A program made the position numbers and the translations under genes. The notes below the pieces were generated by a model, which did no database searches, was not told the origin of the DNA, and worked only from the letters and a program-made list of their open reading frames with translations. From NCBI RefSeq assembly GCF_009914755.1, contig NC_060936.1: a stretch of DNA of 64,000 nucleotides. The stretch is one strand, 5' to 3'. Position 1 is the stretch's first letter, and the number at the start of each line of letters is the position of its first letter. The DNA comes from the human T2T-CHM13v2.0 reference genome, Homo sapiens. Shown in pieces: positions 35,170 to 49,781 of the stretch.

Positions 35170-35780
35170 CTAGGTAAAAAGACTGGGGCAATAATACAGG
35201 CAAGAGAGGAGGGAGCCTAGATAAAGATAATGGCAGTGGCAAAGGAGTCATATCCTGGAGACATTTAAAAATAATTTGTGATTAACTGATCTGGAGTTAG
35301 AGTAGACACTGAACTAGAAAAAGTCATCAATGTATACTCAGCATTTAGCTTAAGTAGTTGCACTGGTGGTGGGAATCTTTTACTAAGATCCAAAAACCAG
35401 GAGGCATTACTTCATTAGGGGAGGTTTGAGTGTTTGGGTCATACCGCATTTCAAGAGAGGCAGGAAATAACAACAAACAGTTGGATAAATAAGACAGGAG
35501 TTTGGGAGGAAAATCTCAGACTAGAAATATATATTTGGGTATCATGAACATAGAGCTGGTAACTGAAGCCATTGGAAGTGATATCTTATCCCAAAGAGAA
35601 TAAGTAAAGAGAAAAGAGAGATCTAAAGGCAATATTCAAAAAAGCACAGACACCTAAGGAATTGGGAAAGAACAAGAAGCTCACAAAAGACACTAAGAAA
35701 AAGAAAATTTAAAAAGAGACAATTTTAAGAAAGAAGGAGTGGTCAATAGAGTCAAAAGAGGCAGAAAGTGAAAAAAGGAC
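35170..35780 (-). mobile_element. L2 fragment
   Basis: 'gttggataaataagacaggagttt..gaggaaaatct', 'gaaggagtggtcaatag..tcaaa'. Confidence 0.6.
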
Positions 35781-35799
35781 GGGAACATAGGTTTTCATT

Positions 35800-36110
35800 T
35801 TTTTTTTTTTTTTTTGAGACGGAGTATTGCTCTGTCGCCCAGGCTGGAGTGAGTGGCGCGATCTCCACTCACTGCAAGCTCCGCCTCCTGGGTTTCCGCC
35901 ATTCTCCTGCCTCAGCCTCCTGAGTAGCTGGGACTACAGGCCCCCGCCACTGTGCCCACCACCAGGCCCGGCTAATTTCTTTTTGTATTTTTAGTAGAGA
36001 TGGGGTTTCACCATGTTAGCCAGGATGGTCTCGATCTCCTGACCTCGTGATCCGCCCGCCTTGGCCTTCCAAAGTGCTGGAATTACAGGCGTGAGCCACC
36101 GCGCCGAGCC
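35800..36110 (-). mobile_element. AluY-like
   Basis: 'gcaagctccgcctcc', 'gccattctcctgcc', 'gttagccaggatggtctcgatc'; TSD gttt(t/c)catt. Confidence 0.93.
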
Positions 36111-37772
36111 GTTTCCATTCTTTTTAGTAGTTGAGAGGTCGCTATGGGGAGTAGATAGAAGTAGAACACAGATTTCAGAACATATCTTAGTAAATATTAG
36201 GTAAGATAGGGAAAAACACACATTTAGATTACTTAACCGTAAAGAGGAAGGGAGATAGAGGGCCTTAGAGAAGAAGTGATGTCAAGTAGAAAGGGTATTT
36301 TATAATGGAAGACACTCAAGTCTGTTTAAACAAAGACTGAAAGTAAATAATAGACAAAAAATGTAGCTAACAGATGAAAGTAAGTGTAAATTTAATAGAA
36401 TTAGGAAAAGGAGGTGCCATTCAGGACATAGGTGGAATGTTGACTTTGGATTTGACGAAAGAAATCTATTCATTTTTATAAAATGTTAGGAAGAAATGAT
36501 GAATGGGCTGTAATTCGAGGACATGTTTACAGAGGGCATTTCACTAAGTAAGTGTAAGCCACTGTATGAAGAGAAAGATAAATTGTTAGCAGGCTGAAGG
36601 TAAAAGGTTTAAAACAGTTGCTGGTGGGAACAACTTACTGAAGAAATTTAAATAATTTTATAGCAGAAACTGATAACCCAATTGAGGGGAGAGACAAGTA
36701 GCGACACCAACCTGAGAGAATACGTGAATTATTTCAGCACAACACCCAGGTGTAGGAGCAGAGAAAACAATCGATTGTTGTGTTAGCATTTTCGCCACAA
36801 AAAGAAAACAAAGGAAAAGGGGAAAAGGCGGGGAGGCAGAAAAAATGTAAGATATCAGCAAAAGTGCATTAAAGTGGTAAACACTGGGATTAGGACTTAA
36901 ATACAAGAAGGAGTTGATGGATACAAGAATGAAAGACATCAAATAAGTCAAAGTTTTATCAAGTTAATCATACAGAATCTGAAAATTATATGATAGCATT
37001 TTTTTTTCTTCAGGCTAAAATTGAAACAGAATTCTGAAATAAAATATGGTGATTAGGGGTGGGAATAAAAGTAATCATTTGTATTTGTCCCAGCTTCATA
37101 AACTTGGTGCCTGAAGGTAGTGGGATGTTTCTTCATCTTTAATTAATACTAGAAGTATTGCTTTTATGGCAAATCTATTATGCTATAACTGATACTAATA
37201 GGTCGCTGAAAATTATTATAATTCTATCTAGCATTACACAGGCTCACCTTATCAAGCTACTCCCTGGAATCCAAAGTGCTGATGACAGCCCCCAATTTTT
37301 TTCTTGGCATTGTCAGACATAAAAAAATACTTTGCATTCTTACTGGTATTTCAACTTTGGCAGAATGCCCACTTCTTACATCTGCTTTCCGTCTACCAAT
37401 GTCTGTTTCCAACTGAGAGTCTCAGATTTTGATATATAATGCTCTTGCTATGTCAGGAAAAATAGGAAAAAGTTGTCTTAGTTAAAAAAGAAAAATGTTA
37501 TCTTGGTTACAGATATAAGAAAGCATGCTTCACTTAAATTATAAATCACAAATTTTATTTAGTAGATGCTCCTTAGTCTCCATACTGGGCCCAGCCAATT
37601 TAATTGTCTAAGTTTCTAATGTAAACTTGGAAAAAAAATGGGAAAAGAAAAGAAATGCAAAATAGGAATTAAGTATATTTTCCTTAAAAAAGCATATAAG
37701 TTCTTTTATAAAAGTAACAACTATGAAATGTATGAAATATTTGAACTTGACCATAGTTAACTCATAATTTGT

Positions 37773-37970
37773 CTGTGTGTGTGTGTATGTGTGTGTGATT
37801 GTGTTTGTCAGTGTATACATGTATGGGCACCCACATTATACATATATGTGTATTTTAAAATATATATGTACATATACACCTATGTATATATGTGTAGATG
37901 CTATATATATTATGGATACTATATTATATATACTATTTACATGCTATTGCTTAAATTTACATATATAATA
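37773..37970. repeat. (TG)n/(TA)n low-complexity tract
   Basis: Visible dinucleotide runs. Confidence 0.8.
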
Positions 37971-40900
37971 TAGGTTTTAATTATAAAATCATTTTAATTT
38001 TTTTCATCTCCCATCTCGGTGACAGCCCAAATTGAACATATCATTAATATTTCTTAGTTGCATGCAACAGAAGTAAATTAGTATATTTAACTTCCCCCCA
38101 AATAAGAAAAAAAGAACACATTACAAAAATACTGGGTAACTGGCGGAATATGGAGGAAAAACAGCTCAAATTATACCATGGCACTCGTTCTGAAGACTAA
38201 TACTGCAGCTACTGACACCCACATTGCCACTAAACTGCAAGAGCTGGACACTATACTGTCTATTGATTTGCAAAGTTGGCTCCATTTGGAAATAAAAAGA
38301 TTGATGACTGCTCTTACCCTTAATTTGATAGTTTCTGTGTAGTTCCTGCTCCTTTGTATCATTAACTTATGTTCAAAGTGTGCCAGCAGATGCATCAGTT
38401 CTGTAGAGCCTCAGGCACGATACCACACACTAACTACAAAGAGCCTAGAAAGAAGAGATTATTTTTATAGAATAAAATTTCACTTTGGGAATTTCTATTT
38501 CATCAGGAAAAGAAAACAAATGTCATGAAAACGTATTCTGCTAATAATCTTTTTTTTATTATACTTTAAGTTCTGGGATACATGTGCAGAACATATAGGT
38601 TTGTTACATAGGTATACACATGACATGGTGGTTCGCTGCACCCATCAACTTGTCATCTACATTAGGCATTCCTCCTGATGCTATGCCTCCTCTACCCTCC
38701 GACACTCCGACAGCCCCGGTGTGTGATGTTCCCCTCCCTGTGTCCATGTGTTCTCATTGTTCAGCTCCCACTTATGAGTGAGAACATGCAGTGTTTGCTT
38801 TTCTGTTCCTGTGTTAGTTTGCTGAGAATGATGGCTTCCAGCTTTATCCATGTCCTTGCAAAGGACAGGAACTCATCCATTTTTATGGCCGCATAGTAGT
38901 CCATGGTGTATATGTATCATGTTTTCTTTACCCAGTCTATACTTGGTGGGCATTTGGGTTGGTTCCAAGTCTTTGCTATTGTGAACAGTGCTGCAATAAA
39001 CATACGTGTGCATGTGTCTGTATAGTAGAATGATTTATAATTATTTGGATATATAACCAGTAATGGGATTGCGGGGTCAAATGGTATTTCTGGTTCTAGA
39101 TACTTGTGGAATCACCACATTGTCTTCCACAATGGTTGAACTAATTTACACTCCCACCAGCAGAGTAAAAGCATTCCTATTTCTTCACATCCTCTGCCAC
39201 ATCTGTTGTTTCCTGACTTTTTAATGATCACCATTCTAACTGGTGTGAGATGGTATTTCATTTGTGGTGTTGATTTTCATTTCTCTAATGACCAGTGATG
39301 ATGAGCTTTTTTTTCATAAGTTTATTGGCTGTATAAATATCTTCTTTTGAGAAGTGTCTGATCATATCCTTTGCCCACTTTTTGATGGGGTTGTTTTTTT
39401 CATGTAAATTTGTTTAAGTTCCTTGTAGATTCTGGATATTAGCCTTTTCTCAGATGGGTAGATTGCAAAAATTTTCTCCCATTCTGTAGGTTGCCTGTTC
39501 ATTCTAATGATAGTTTCTTTTGCTGTGCAGAAGCTCTTTAGTTTAATTAGATCTCATTTGTCAATTTTGTCTTCTGTTGCCATTGCTTTTGTTGTTTTAG
39601 TCATGAAGTCTTTGCCCATGCTTATGTCCTAAATGATATTATCTCAGTTTTCTTCCAGGGTTTTTATGGTTTTAAGTCTTACACTTAAGTCTTTAATCCA
39701 TCTTCAGTTAGTTTTTGTATAAGGTGTAAAGAAGGGGTCCAGTTTCAGTTTTCTGCTTATGGCTAGCCAGTTTTCCCAAAACCATTTATTAAATAGGAAA
39801 TCCTTTCCCCATTGCTTGTTTTTGTCAGGTTTGTCAAAGATCAGATGGTTGTAGATGTGTGGCATTATTTCTGAGGCCTCTGTTCTGTTCTATTGGTCTA
39901 TATATCTGTTTTGGTACCAGTACCATGCTGTTTTGGTTACTGTAGCCTTGTAGTATAGTTTGAAGTCAGGTAGCATGGTGCCTCCAGCTTTGTTCTTTTT
40001 GTGTAGGATGGTCTTGGCTATATGGGCCCTTTTTTGGCCATATAAAATTTAAAGTAGTTTTTTCTAATTCTGTGAAGAAAGTCAGTGATAGCTTGATGGG
40101 GACAGCATTGAATTTACAAATTACTTTGGGCAGTATAGCTATTTTCATGATATTGATTCTTCCTATCCATGAGCAAGAAATGTTTTTCCATTTGTTTATG
40201 TCCTCTCTTATTTTCTTGAGCAGTGATTTGTAGTTCTCCTTGAAGAGGTCCTTCACATTCCTTGTAAGTCATATTCCTAGGAATTTTATTCTCTTTGTTG
40301 CAATTGTGAATGGGTGTTCACTCATGATATAGCTCTCTGTTTGTCTGTTATTGGTGTATAGGAATGCTTGTGATTTTTGCACATTGATTTTGTATCCTGA
40401 GACGTTGCTGAAATTGCTTATCAGCTTAAGGTGATTTTGGGCTGAGATACAATCTTGTCATCTGCAAGCAGAGACATTTTGACTTCCTCCCTTCCTATTC
40501 GAATACACTTTATTTCTTTCTCTTGCCTGATAGCCCTGTCCAGAACTTCCAATACTATGTTAAATAGTAGTGGTGAGAAAGGGCATCCATGTCTTGTGCT
40601 GGTTTTCAAAGGGAATGCTTCCAGCTTTTGCCCATTCAGTATGATATTGGCTGTGGGCTTGTCATAAATAGCTCTTATTATTTTGAGATATGTTCCATCA
40701 ATACCTAATGTATTGAGAGTTTTTAGCATCAATGGGTGTTGAATTTTATTGAAGGCCTTTTCTGCATCTATTGAGATAATCATGTGGTTTTTGCCATTGG
40801 TTCTGTTTATGTGATGGATTACGTTTATTGATTTGCATAGGTTGAACCAGCCTTGCATCCCAGGGATGAGGCTGACTTGATTGTGGTGAACAAGCTTTTT

Positions 40901-43900
40901 GATGTGCTGTTGGATTTGGTTTGCCAATGTTTTATTGAGGATTTTTGCATCAATGTTCATCAGGGATATTGGCCTGAAATTTTCTTTTTTTGTTTTTTCT
41001 CTTCCTGGTTTTGGTATCAGGATGATGCTGCCCTCATAAAATGAGTTAGGGAAAAGTCTCTCTTTTTCTATTGTTTGAAATAGTTTGAGAAGGCATGGTA
41101 CCAACTCCTCTTTGTACTCCTGCTAGAATTCATCTGTGAATCCATCTGGTCCTGGGCTTTTTTGGTTGGTAGGCTATTAATTATTGCCTCAATTTCAGAA
41201 TTTGCTATTGGTCTATTCAAGGATTTAATGTCTTGCTGCTTTAGTCTTGGGAGGGTGTGGTTGTCCAGGAATTTATCCATTTCTTCTAGATTTTCTAGTT
41301 TATTTGTGTAGAACTATTTAGAGTATTCTCTGATGGTTGTTTGTACTTCTGTGAAATCAGTTGTGATATCCCCTTTATCATATGTTATTGTGCCTATTTG
41401 ATTCTTCTCTCTTTTCTTCTTTATTAATCTGGCTAGTGGTCTATCTATTTTGTTAATCTTGTCAAAAAAGCAGCTCCTGGATTCACTGATTTTTTTAAGG
41501 GTGTTTTGCATCTCTATCTCCTTCAGTTCTGCTCTGATCTCAGTTATTTCTTGTCTTCTGCTAGCTTTTGAATTTGTTTGTTCTTGCTTCTCTAGTTCCT
41601 TTGATTGTGATGTTAAGGTGTTGATTTTAGATCTTTCCCACTTTCTCATGTGGGCATTTAGTACTACAAAGTTCCCTGTAAACACTGCTTTAGCTGTGTC
41701 CCAGAGCTTCTTGTACCTTGTGTCATTTTTCTCATTGGTTTCAAAGAACTTACTTATTTCTGCCATAATTTCATTATTTACCCAGTAGTCATTCAGGAGC
41801 AGGTTGTTCAGTTTCCATGTAGTTGTGTGGTTTTGAGTGAGTTTCTTTATCCTGAATTCTAATTTTATTGCACTGTGGTCTGAGAGGCTGTTTGTTATGA
41901 TTTCCATTCTTCTGCATTTGCTGAGGAGTGCTTTACTTCCAATTATGTAGTCAATTTTAGAATAAATGCAATGTTTTTATGAGAATAATGTATATTTTGT
42001 TGATTTGGGGTGGAGAGTTCTGTAGATGTCTATTAGGTTCACTTGGTCCAGAACTGAGTTCAAGTCCTGAATATCCTTGTTAATTTTCTGTCTCATTGAT
42101 CTAATATTGACAGTGGGGTGTCAAAGTCTCCCACTATTATTGTGTGGGAATCTAAGTCTATTTGTAGTCTCTAAGAATTTGTTTCATGAATCTGGGTGCT
42201 TCTGTATTGGGTGCATATATATTTAGGATAGTTAGCTCTTCTTGTTGCATTGAGCCCTTTACCATTACATAATGCTTTTCTTTGCCTTTTTTGATCTTTG
42301 TTGGTTTAAAGTCTGTTTTATCAGGGACTAGGATTGCAACCTCTGCTTTTTTTCCTTTCCATTTGCTTGGTAAATATTCCTCCATCCCTTTATATTGAGT
42401 CTATGTGTGTCTTTGCATATGAGATGGGTCTCCTGAATACAGCACATCGATGAGTGTTGACTCTTTATCAAATTTGCCACTGTGTGTCTTTTAATTGGGG
42501 CATTTAGCCCATTTACATTTACGGTTAATATTGTTATATGTGAATTTGATCCTGTCATTATGATGCTAGCTGGTTATTTTGCCCATTAGTTGATGCAGTT
42601 TCTTTGTAGTGTCTATGGCCTTTACAATTTGGTATGTTCTTGCAGTGGCTGGTACTTGTTTTTCCTTTCCATATTTAGTGCTTCCTTCAGGAGTTCTTAT
42701 AAGGCATGCCTGGTAGTGACAAAGTCTCTCAGCATTTGCTTGTCTGTAAAGGATTTTATTTCTTCTTCTCTTAAGAAGCTTAGTTTGACTGAATATGAAA
42801 TTCTGGGTTGAAAAAAATTTTTTTAAGAATTTTGAATAATGGCCCCCACTCTCTTCTGGCTTGTAGGATTTCTAGAGAGAGAGACCCACTGTTAGTCTGA
42901 TGGACTTCCCTTTGTGGGTAACCTGACCTTTCTCTCTGGCTGCCCTTAACATTTTTTCCTCCATTTCAACCTTGGTGAATCTGCTGATTATGTGTCTTGG
43001 GGTTGCTCTTCTCAAGGAATATCTTTGTGGTGTTTTCTGTATTTTCTGAATTTGAATGTTGGCATGTGTTGCTAGGTTGGGGAAGTTCCCCTGGATAATA
43101 TCTGAATCGTGTTTTCTAACTTGATTCCATTCTCCCTGTCAATTTCAGGTACACCAATCAAACATAGGTTTGGTCTTTTCCATTGTCCCATATTTCTTCG
43201 AGGTTTGTTCATTGGTTTTTATTCTTTTTTCTCTAATCTTGTCTTCACACTTTATTTCATGAAGTTGATCTTCAATCTCTGATATCCTTTCTTCCACTTG
43301 ATTGATTCAGCCATTGATACTTGTGTATGCTTCATGAAGTTCTCGTGCTGTGTTTTTCAGCTCCATCAGGTCATTTATGTTCTTCTCTAAATTGGTTATT
43401 CTAGTTAGCAATTCCTCTAACCTGTTTTCAAGGTTCTTAGCTTCCTTTCATTGGGTTAGAACATGGTTCTTTAGCTCGGAGGAGTTTGTTATTACCGACA
43501 TATTGAAGCCTACTTCTGTCAATTCGTCAAACTCATTCTTGGTCCGGTTTTGTTTCCTTGCTACCAAGGAGTTGTGATCCTTTGGAGGAGAAGAGGTGTT
43601 CTGTGTTTTGGAGTTTTCAGTCTTTTTGCACTGGTTTTTCCTCATCTTTGTGGATTTATCTACTTTTGGTCTTTGATGTTGGTGACTTTCAAATGAGGTT
43701 TCTGCGTGGACATCCTTTTTGTTGATGATGGTATTCCTTTCTTTTTGTTAGTTTTCCTTCTAACAGTCAGGTTTCTCTGCTGCAGGTCTGCTGGAGTTTG
43801 CTGGAGGTCTGCTGTAGACCCTGTTTGCCTGGGTATCACCAGCACAGGCTGCCGAATAGCAAAGATTGCTGCCTATTCCTTCCTCTGGCAGCTTTGTCCC

Positions 43901-44011
43901 AGAGGGGCTCCTGCCAGATGCCAGCCAGAGCTCTCCTGTATGAGGTGTCTGTCAATCCCTGCTGGGAGGTTTCTCCCAGTCAGGAGGCATGGGGGTCAGG
44001 GACCCACTTGA

Positions 44012-44324
<313 letters not shown>

Positions 44325-44426
44325 GGCAGTCTGTTTCTTAGCAGAGTTTGAGCACTGTGCTGGAAGATTGGCTGCTCTCTTCAGAACTGGCAGGTAGAAG
44401 GTTTAAGTCTGCTAAAGCTGTGCCTA

Positions 44427-45620
44427 TGTGTCCGGAGTTGGTTCCTTCCGGTGGGTTCGTGGTCTCGTTGACTTCAAGAATGAAGCTGTGGACCTTCACG
44501 GTGAGTGTTACAGCTCTTAAAGATGGCACGGACCCAATGAGTGAGTGGTAGCAAGAGTTATTGTGAAGAGCAAAAGAACAAAGCTTCCACAGCATGGAAG
44601 GGGACTTGAGCAGGTTGCTGCTGCTGGCTGGGGTGGCCAGCTTTTATTCCCTTATTTGTCCCCTCCCATGTCCTGTTTCTGTCCTATCAGAATACCCTTT
44701 TCTCAATCCTCCCCATGATTGGCTACTTTTGGAATCCTGTCGATTGGTCCATTTTACAGAGCGCTGATTGTTCCATTTTACAGAGTGCTGACTGGTGCAT
44801 TTTACAAACCTCTTGCTAGCTGCAGAGCACTGATTGGTGCATTTTACAATCCCCTTGTAAGACAGAGAAGTTCTCCAAGTCCCCACTCTACCCAGGAAGT
44901 TCAGCTGGCTTCACCTCTCAATCCCCCCTCAAAACAGGACACCCTAATTGCTGTTGGGAATTGGGTGATGACCTCTCTAGCTACTTCCTGCTGGAGAGGG
45001 GCAAAGAAGGGACCATGCAGTTGTAGTGTCCTCCAGAGGGGAACTCTCTAGGCCAGTCAAAAGGCCAGTGGGTCATTCCAGGGGTCCTTGGTAGAAGTTG
45101 TGAGTCGAGCTCATTTGGGGTTCCATTTGTAAGACCATCTGTAGCTTGATGGCCTCAATCCTGGAGGAAACAAATTTGACAAGGAGGTTAAAAATAAAGG
45201 GCTGGAAGGCGAGTAATCACAAGATGGCTGTCATGGGACCTAGAAAGGGGAGAAGCCATGTCGCCCAACTCCAGAGGTTGGTATCAGAGTTTGAAAGGCG
45301 TTGTCTGATTTCAGAAGCCTTTTCCTGTAAACACTGGGCAGCATCTCATACTATCCCTGATCAGTTAGTGTAAAAACAACATTCTTCCCCTAAGAAGGTG
45401 CAAAGTCCTCCTTTCTCAGCAGTGAGGAGGTCTAGGCCTCAGCAGTTTTGGAGAGTCACTGCTGCCAAAGAGTCTATTTGGGATGTGGTGATTGGTGCAT
45501 TTTACAAACCTCTTGCAAGCTACAGAGTGCTGATTGGTGAATTTTACAATTAACTTGTAAGACAGAAAAGTTCTCCAAGTCCCCACTCGACTCAGGAAGT
45601 CCAGCTGGCTTCACCTCTCA
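44427..45620 (-). mobile_element. Internally deleted HERV9 provirus: LTR12(F-like) 3' LTR 44427-44920, env 3' end 44921-45487, 5' LTR stub 45488-45620
   Basis: Both LTR copies start tgagaggtgaagccagctg on -; PPT at 44921-44930; TSD ccta / ccca; L1 resumes at both sides. Confidence 0.9.
45070..45481 (-). pseudogene. HERV9 env TM remnant
   Basis: Manual translation [36 protein letters not shown]...WLLPFLGP: immunosuppressive domain and CX6CC, with stops. Confidence 0.9.
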
Positions 45621-48446
45621 CCCACAGCCGCCCTTCCCCCAGGTGCTCTGTCCCAGGTAGTTGGGAGTTTTATCTATTAGCATCTTACTGGAGTTACTGC
45701 CTTTCTTTCAGAGATACCCACCCAGAGAGGAAGAATCTAGAGAGGCAGTCTGGCTACAGCGGATTTGCTGAACTGCAGTGGGCTCTACCCAGTTTGAACT
45801 TACCAGAGGCTTTGTTTAAACTGTGAGGGGAAAACCGCGTACTCAAGCCTCAGTAATGGTGGACACCCCGCCCCCCACCAAGCTCGATCACCCCAGGTCA
45901 ACTTCAGACTGTTGTGCTGGCAGCAAGAATTCAAGCCAGTGGACCTTAGCTTTCTGGGCTCCATGGGGGTAGTATCCACTGAGCAACACCACTTGGCTCC
46001 CTGGCTTCAGTCCCCTTTCCAGGGGAGTGAATGGTTCTGTCTTGCTGGCATTTCAGGTGGCACTGGGGTATGAAAAAAAAAAAAATCTCCTGCAGCTAGC
46101 TCGTTGTCTGCCCAAATGGCCGCCCAGTTTTGTGCTTGAAACCCAGGGCCCTGGTGGCATAGGAACCTGAGGGAATCTCCTAGTCTGTGGGTTGTGATGA
46201 CAATGGGAAAAGTGTAATATCTGGGCTGGAGTGCACTCTCCCTCACGGCAGGATTCCTCATGGCTTCCCTTGGCTAGGAGAGGGAGGTCCTCAACGTCTA
46301 CCACTTCCCAGGTGAGGTGACTCCCCACCCTGCTTTGGCTCTCCCTCCGTGGCCTGCACCCACTGTCTTACCAGTCCCAGTGAGATGAGCCAGGTACCTC
46401 AGTTGGAAATGCAGAAATCGCCTGCCTTCTGTGTTGATCTCACTGGGAGCTGCAGACTGGACCTGTTCCTATTCTGCCATCTTGCCAGCCTCTCCTCATA
46501 GTAATTTTTTCATTTTACTAATTCATAGGATTCAGGAGCAAATAGAAGTAAGAAAAAGTTTTCACTCTTTCCAAAGGAGAGGGATTTAAAAATTTTTCTT
46601 TTAATATATAAAATCAACAAATCAGGACATGAAAACAAATGAGCATGGCAGAGTTATAGATATGTTTACATATTTCTGAACATATAAGAAGAGAGTCATC
46701 CTGCAAATTTTTATCATTTTATCAATCCATTAATTAATATGCTGCAATACTATTTTCTCTTCTTTTTCAACTGCATGCCCTCTTCTAACTTAACAATCAG
46801 ACAGAGACAAGTTGATGAAATAAAAACCACATCTGTTATTTTATTTACAATCATTTAATATAAGAAATCAATTAAATACATTTTAAAGAATATTTTTTAA
46901 GTAACACTGAGGTAATAAAAATCTCCTAAGTTCAGAAAGCATTTACCATCACCGAAGGGGTGGGGGAACAAAGGGAAAGAATTGGTGCTGTTAGAACCAA
47001 GGAGTCTAGAAGACGATCAGAAGATCCACAAATGTGAGACATAGGCCCTTGAAAAGGTCTATGCCTGGTTTGTGCTGTTACTCTTTGAAGGGCACACAAT
47101 GAGGCTAGTTCTGGAAGTGTGAAAGTAAGAGAGCAATAAGGGAACTAACTGCTGCTGCCAAGAGGCAAGGTCATTACTAGTTTTCCAGTTTCCCTTTAGC
47201 TGGAACCCTTATTGATAAACTGTAACAGGGAGTCCCTTGGGAAAGAGAAAACATAATTGCCAAAAAGCATAGCCCCTGTATTACAAAGCATAGAATAAAG
47301 TGAGGGTCTCTATATGTGAGATAATAGCTTAATAACTAACAAACTCTCTTCCCAACTGAACAGGGCAAAATATGGCTGATATAAATATATATAATTCCAA
47401 GCAAAATGATACTTGCCTAAACCTTTAACAAACTTTAACCAGTTATAGATCTGAATATAGCCTAAATATAGATACATAATTTGCAATTACTTTCAAAAAC
47501 TAGTCAAATGTCAATCATTTCCCATGACTAATGTAAATGTATAGTGGACTTACTTTTATACCTGGCTTTGTTGTATATAAAGTGTACCATTTAGATCACT
47601 TATAAATTTTTTGCCCTGAAAGTTTTCTGATGGGGAAAACGTGATTTACAAATGCTTTCCATGTTTTTATACAGGTATCATGTGGACCAAATTAGAAAAT
47701 ACATACTAAAAAGTTTTGATATTTACAAAACGTACATTAAAAAGTGGGCAAATGTTATTACCTTTAAAAGCCATACAAATGTTTAGGCAGAAGATAGCAA
47801 TGTAAACAAAGGCATTTGGCTTTCTTACCATTCTGTTCCTGGATTTCATTCAGAGAAATCTCTTGTGCAAAAGGTCTGTAATCTCAGTGCTAAAACTTAC
47901 CAAAGATGTCTGCTGGGTCCACTGCAGGTGGGAAACCTCCAAGGGGTGATCTACAAGCATACAGCTGGAGAAAGTACAGCATCCATGATGGTACAATTCA
48001 GTAATTCTTACCATTTTAGAGGAAAAGACACTTTAAGCAAAGCAAATATGTTGGGTAGAGAGAAACAACTAATTTACCACTTTCTCTGCTAAGGATCAGT
48101 AGAAATTGAAAGCAGTAGCAAAAAATGCTTTGAAACTGGTTTCATGGTTAGAGCCAAGAGAATATCCACAGTATGGAAAGAACTTAGAATGTAGGTCAGT
48201 GCCAGCTTGCATCTGGTGGTTGGGCTGGGCAGAAAGGAAATGGTATTCATGAAGCTGGCTTTTTGTTCAAGAGCTTCATGGAACCTATAGAAAACCTGAT
48301 GCAGAAATTAAGTTACCCTGAGGTGTAGCCTTTGATAACATCAAAAATCTAGTTCTAGACACTTTTCTCCCAGGAAGTTGAATTACTGAGGTAAAAAAGT
48401 AGTTATTTTTTACAGTAGCTTCTCTTTTGATTAAAATGTGAGAAGA

Positions 48447-48709
<263 letters not shown>

Positions 48710-49114
48710 AAATATGAGAAGAACATACTGAAAGAATAATTTGTATAATGAACAAAACCATGATATAAAGATATAATGAACCATCATTTTTGCTTGTTTG
48801 CTAACAGAGATCACAGGGAAATTATCCTCATTCCCAGAGTGAAGGAATTATGTTAAACTCCCAATCTAAAAACCCCAAACCAAGCAATAACAATAACAAC
48901 AACTACCATCACAACAAAAATGTGCAACTATGAAACTATATGTAATTTAGTTCTCAAGATTCAATAAATGTATATTTTGAAAAAATACAAGAAGAAAATT
49001 TAAAATCTATAAATGACAATTTTAAAAATAGATATTAAGAAATCAAGAGGATTTTTCTTTCTGATGAAGATGAAGTAACGAGGACTGAAATCACCTTTCC
49101 ACTAGACACAAAAA

Positions 49115-49781
49115 ACCTCCCTTAGCTCTCCTCCACCTTATTCAGATAAGCTTTTCAAAGCCAAGACATGTTAAAAAGGTTTAAAGAGGAAAAACTATAA
49201 AAATTATAAACTATAAAATATAAAATTAAAAACTATAAAAAGGGCAAGGTTTTAGCCTGTTAACTTCCTTTAAAATTCAAGAGGGGGAAAATTGTTAAGT
49301 TCTGAGCTCTTCCTCAGAGAACAATATGTCAGTATGTTCAGCTTCCCTCTTCTTTGTTCTCCATTTTAAAGTTTAACTTCCTCGTTCTTTATGTCTCCTT
49401 GCCCCTAGTTTTAGTAAACAACCCCCTCCTAGCTTCTATCACCTGCTCTGTCCTTAGTCATCCTTAGTCACCAGCTCTGTAACCACCCTTCCCGCCAAAA
49501 CTACTCACTCCACCGCTCTGGCTCATACCCCTTCTCTCTTTAAAATAGCCAACTGGAATTAGCTTAGACTGTGCAGTCCAACCCTAGCTAACAGGGGAAA
49601 GACACAGCAGTAGGAACTAGCTGCATCAGGAATAAGAACCCCATCCCCTCCCTTGTCCAGTGTGCTCTCACCATTGCTCCATCTGTGAGATGCACTCTCC
49701 TATAGAAGAAAATTGCCTTGCTGAGAAAACTTTGCCTGAGTGCTATTTTCACTTTGTGGCATCAAGCATTTACTTCCAATG
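49115..49781 (+). mobile_element. LTR10-family (HERV-I/IP10) 3' LTR (49293-49781) with adjoining internal 3' remnant
   Basis: PPT 'caagagggggaaaa' then 'tgttaag...aatatgtcagtatgttcagcttccc'; 'aattagcttagactgtgc.gtccaaccctagc'. Confidence 0.8.

Noticed and set aside
38040-38500. Possible very old ERVL/MaLR LTR fragments here and near 46950-47340
   Set aside because: Resemblance too weak to call without a profile search
47830-47935. Possible exon (ttcattcag acceptor to cag|gtggga donor); also a strong-looking acceptor at 23780-23798
   Set aside because: Such motifs occur by chance; no coding signal or partner exons, and transcript data would be needed
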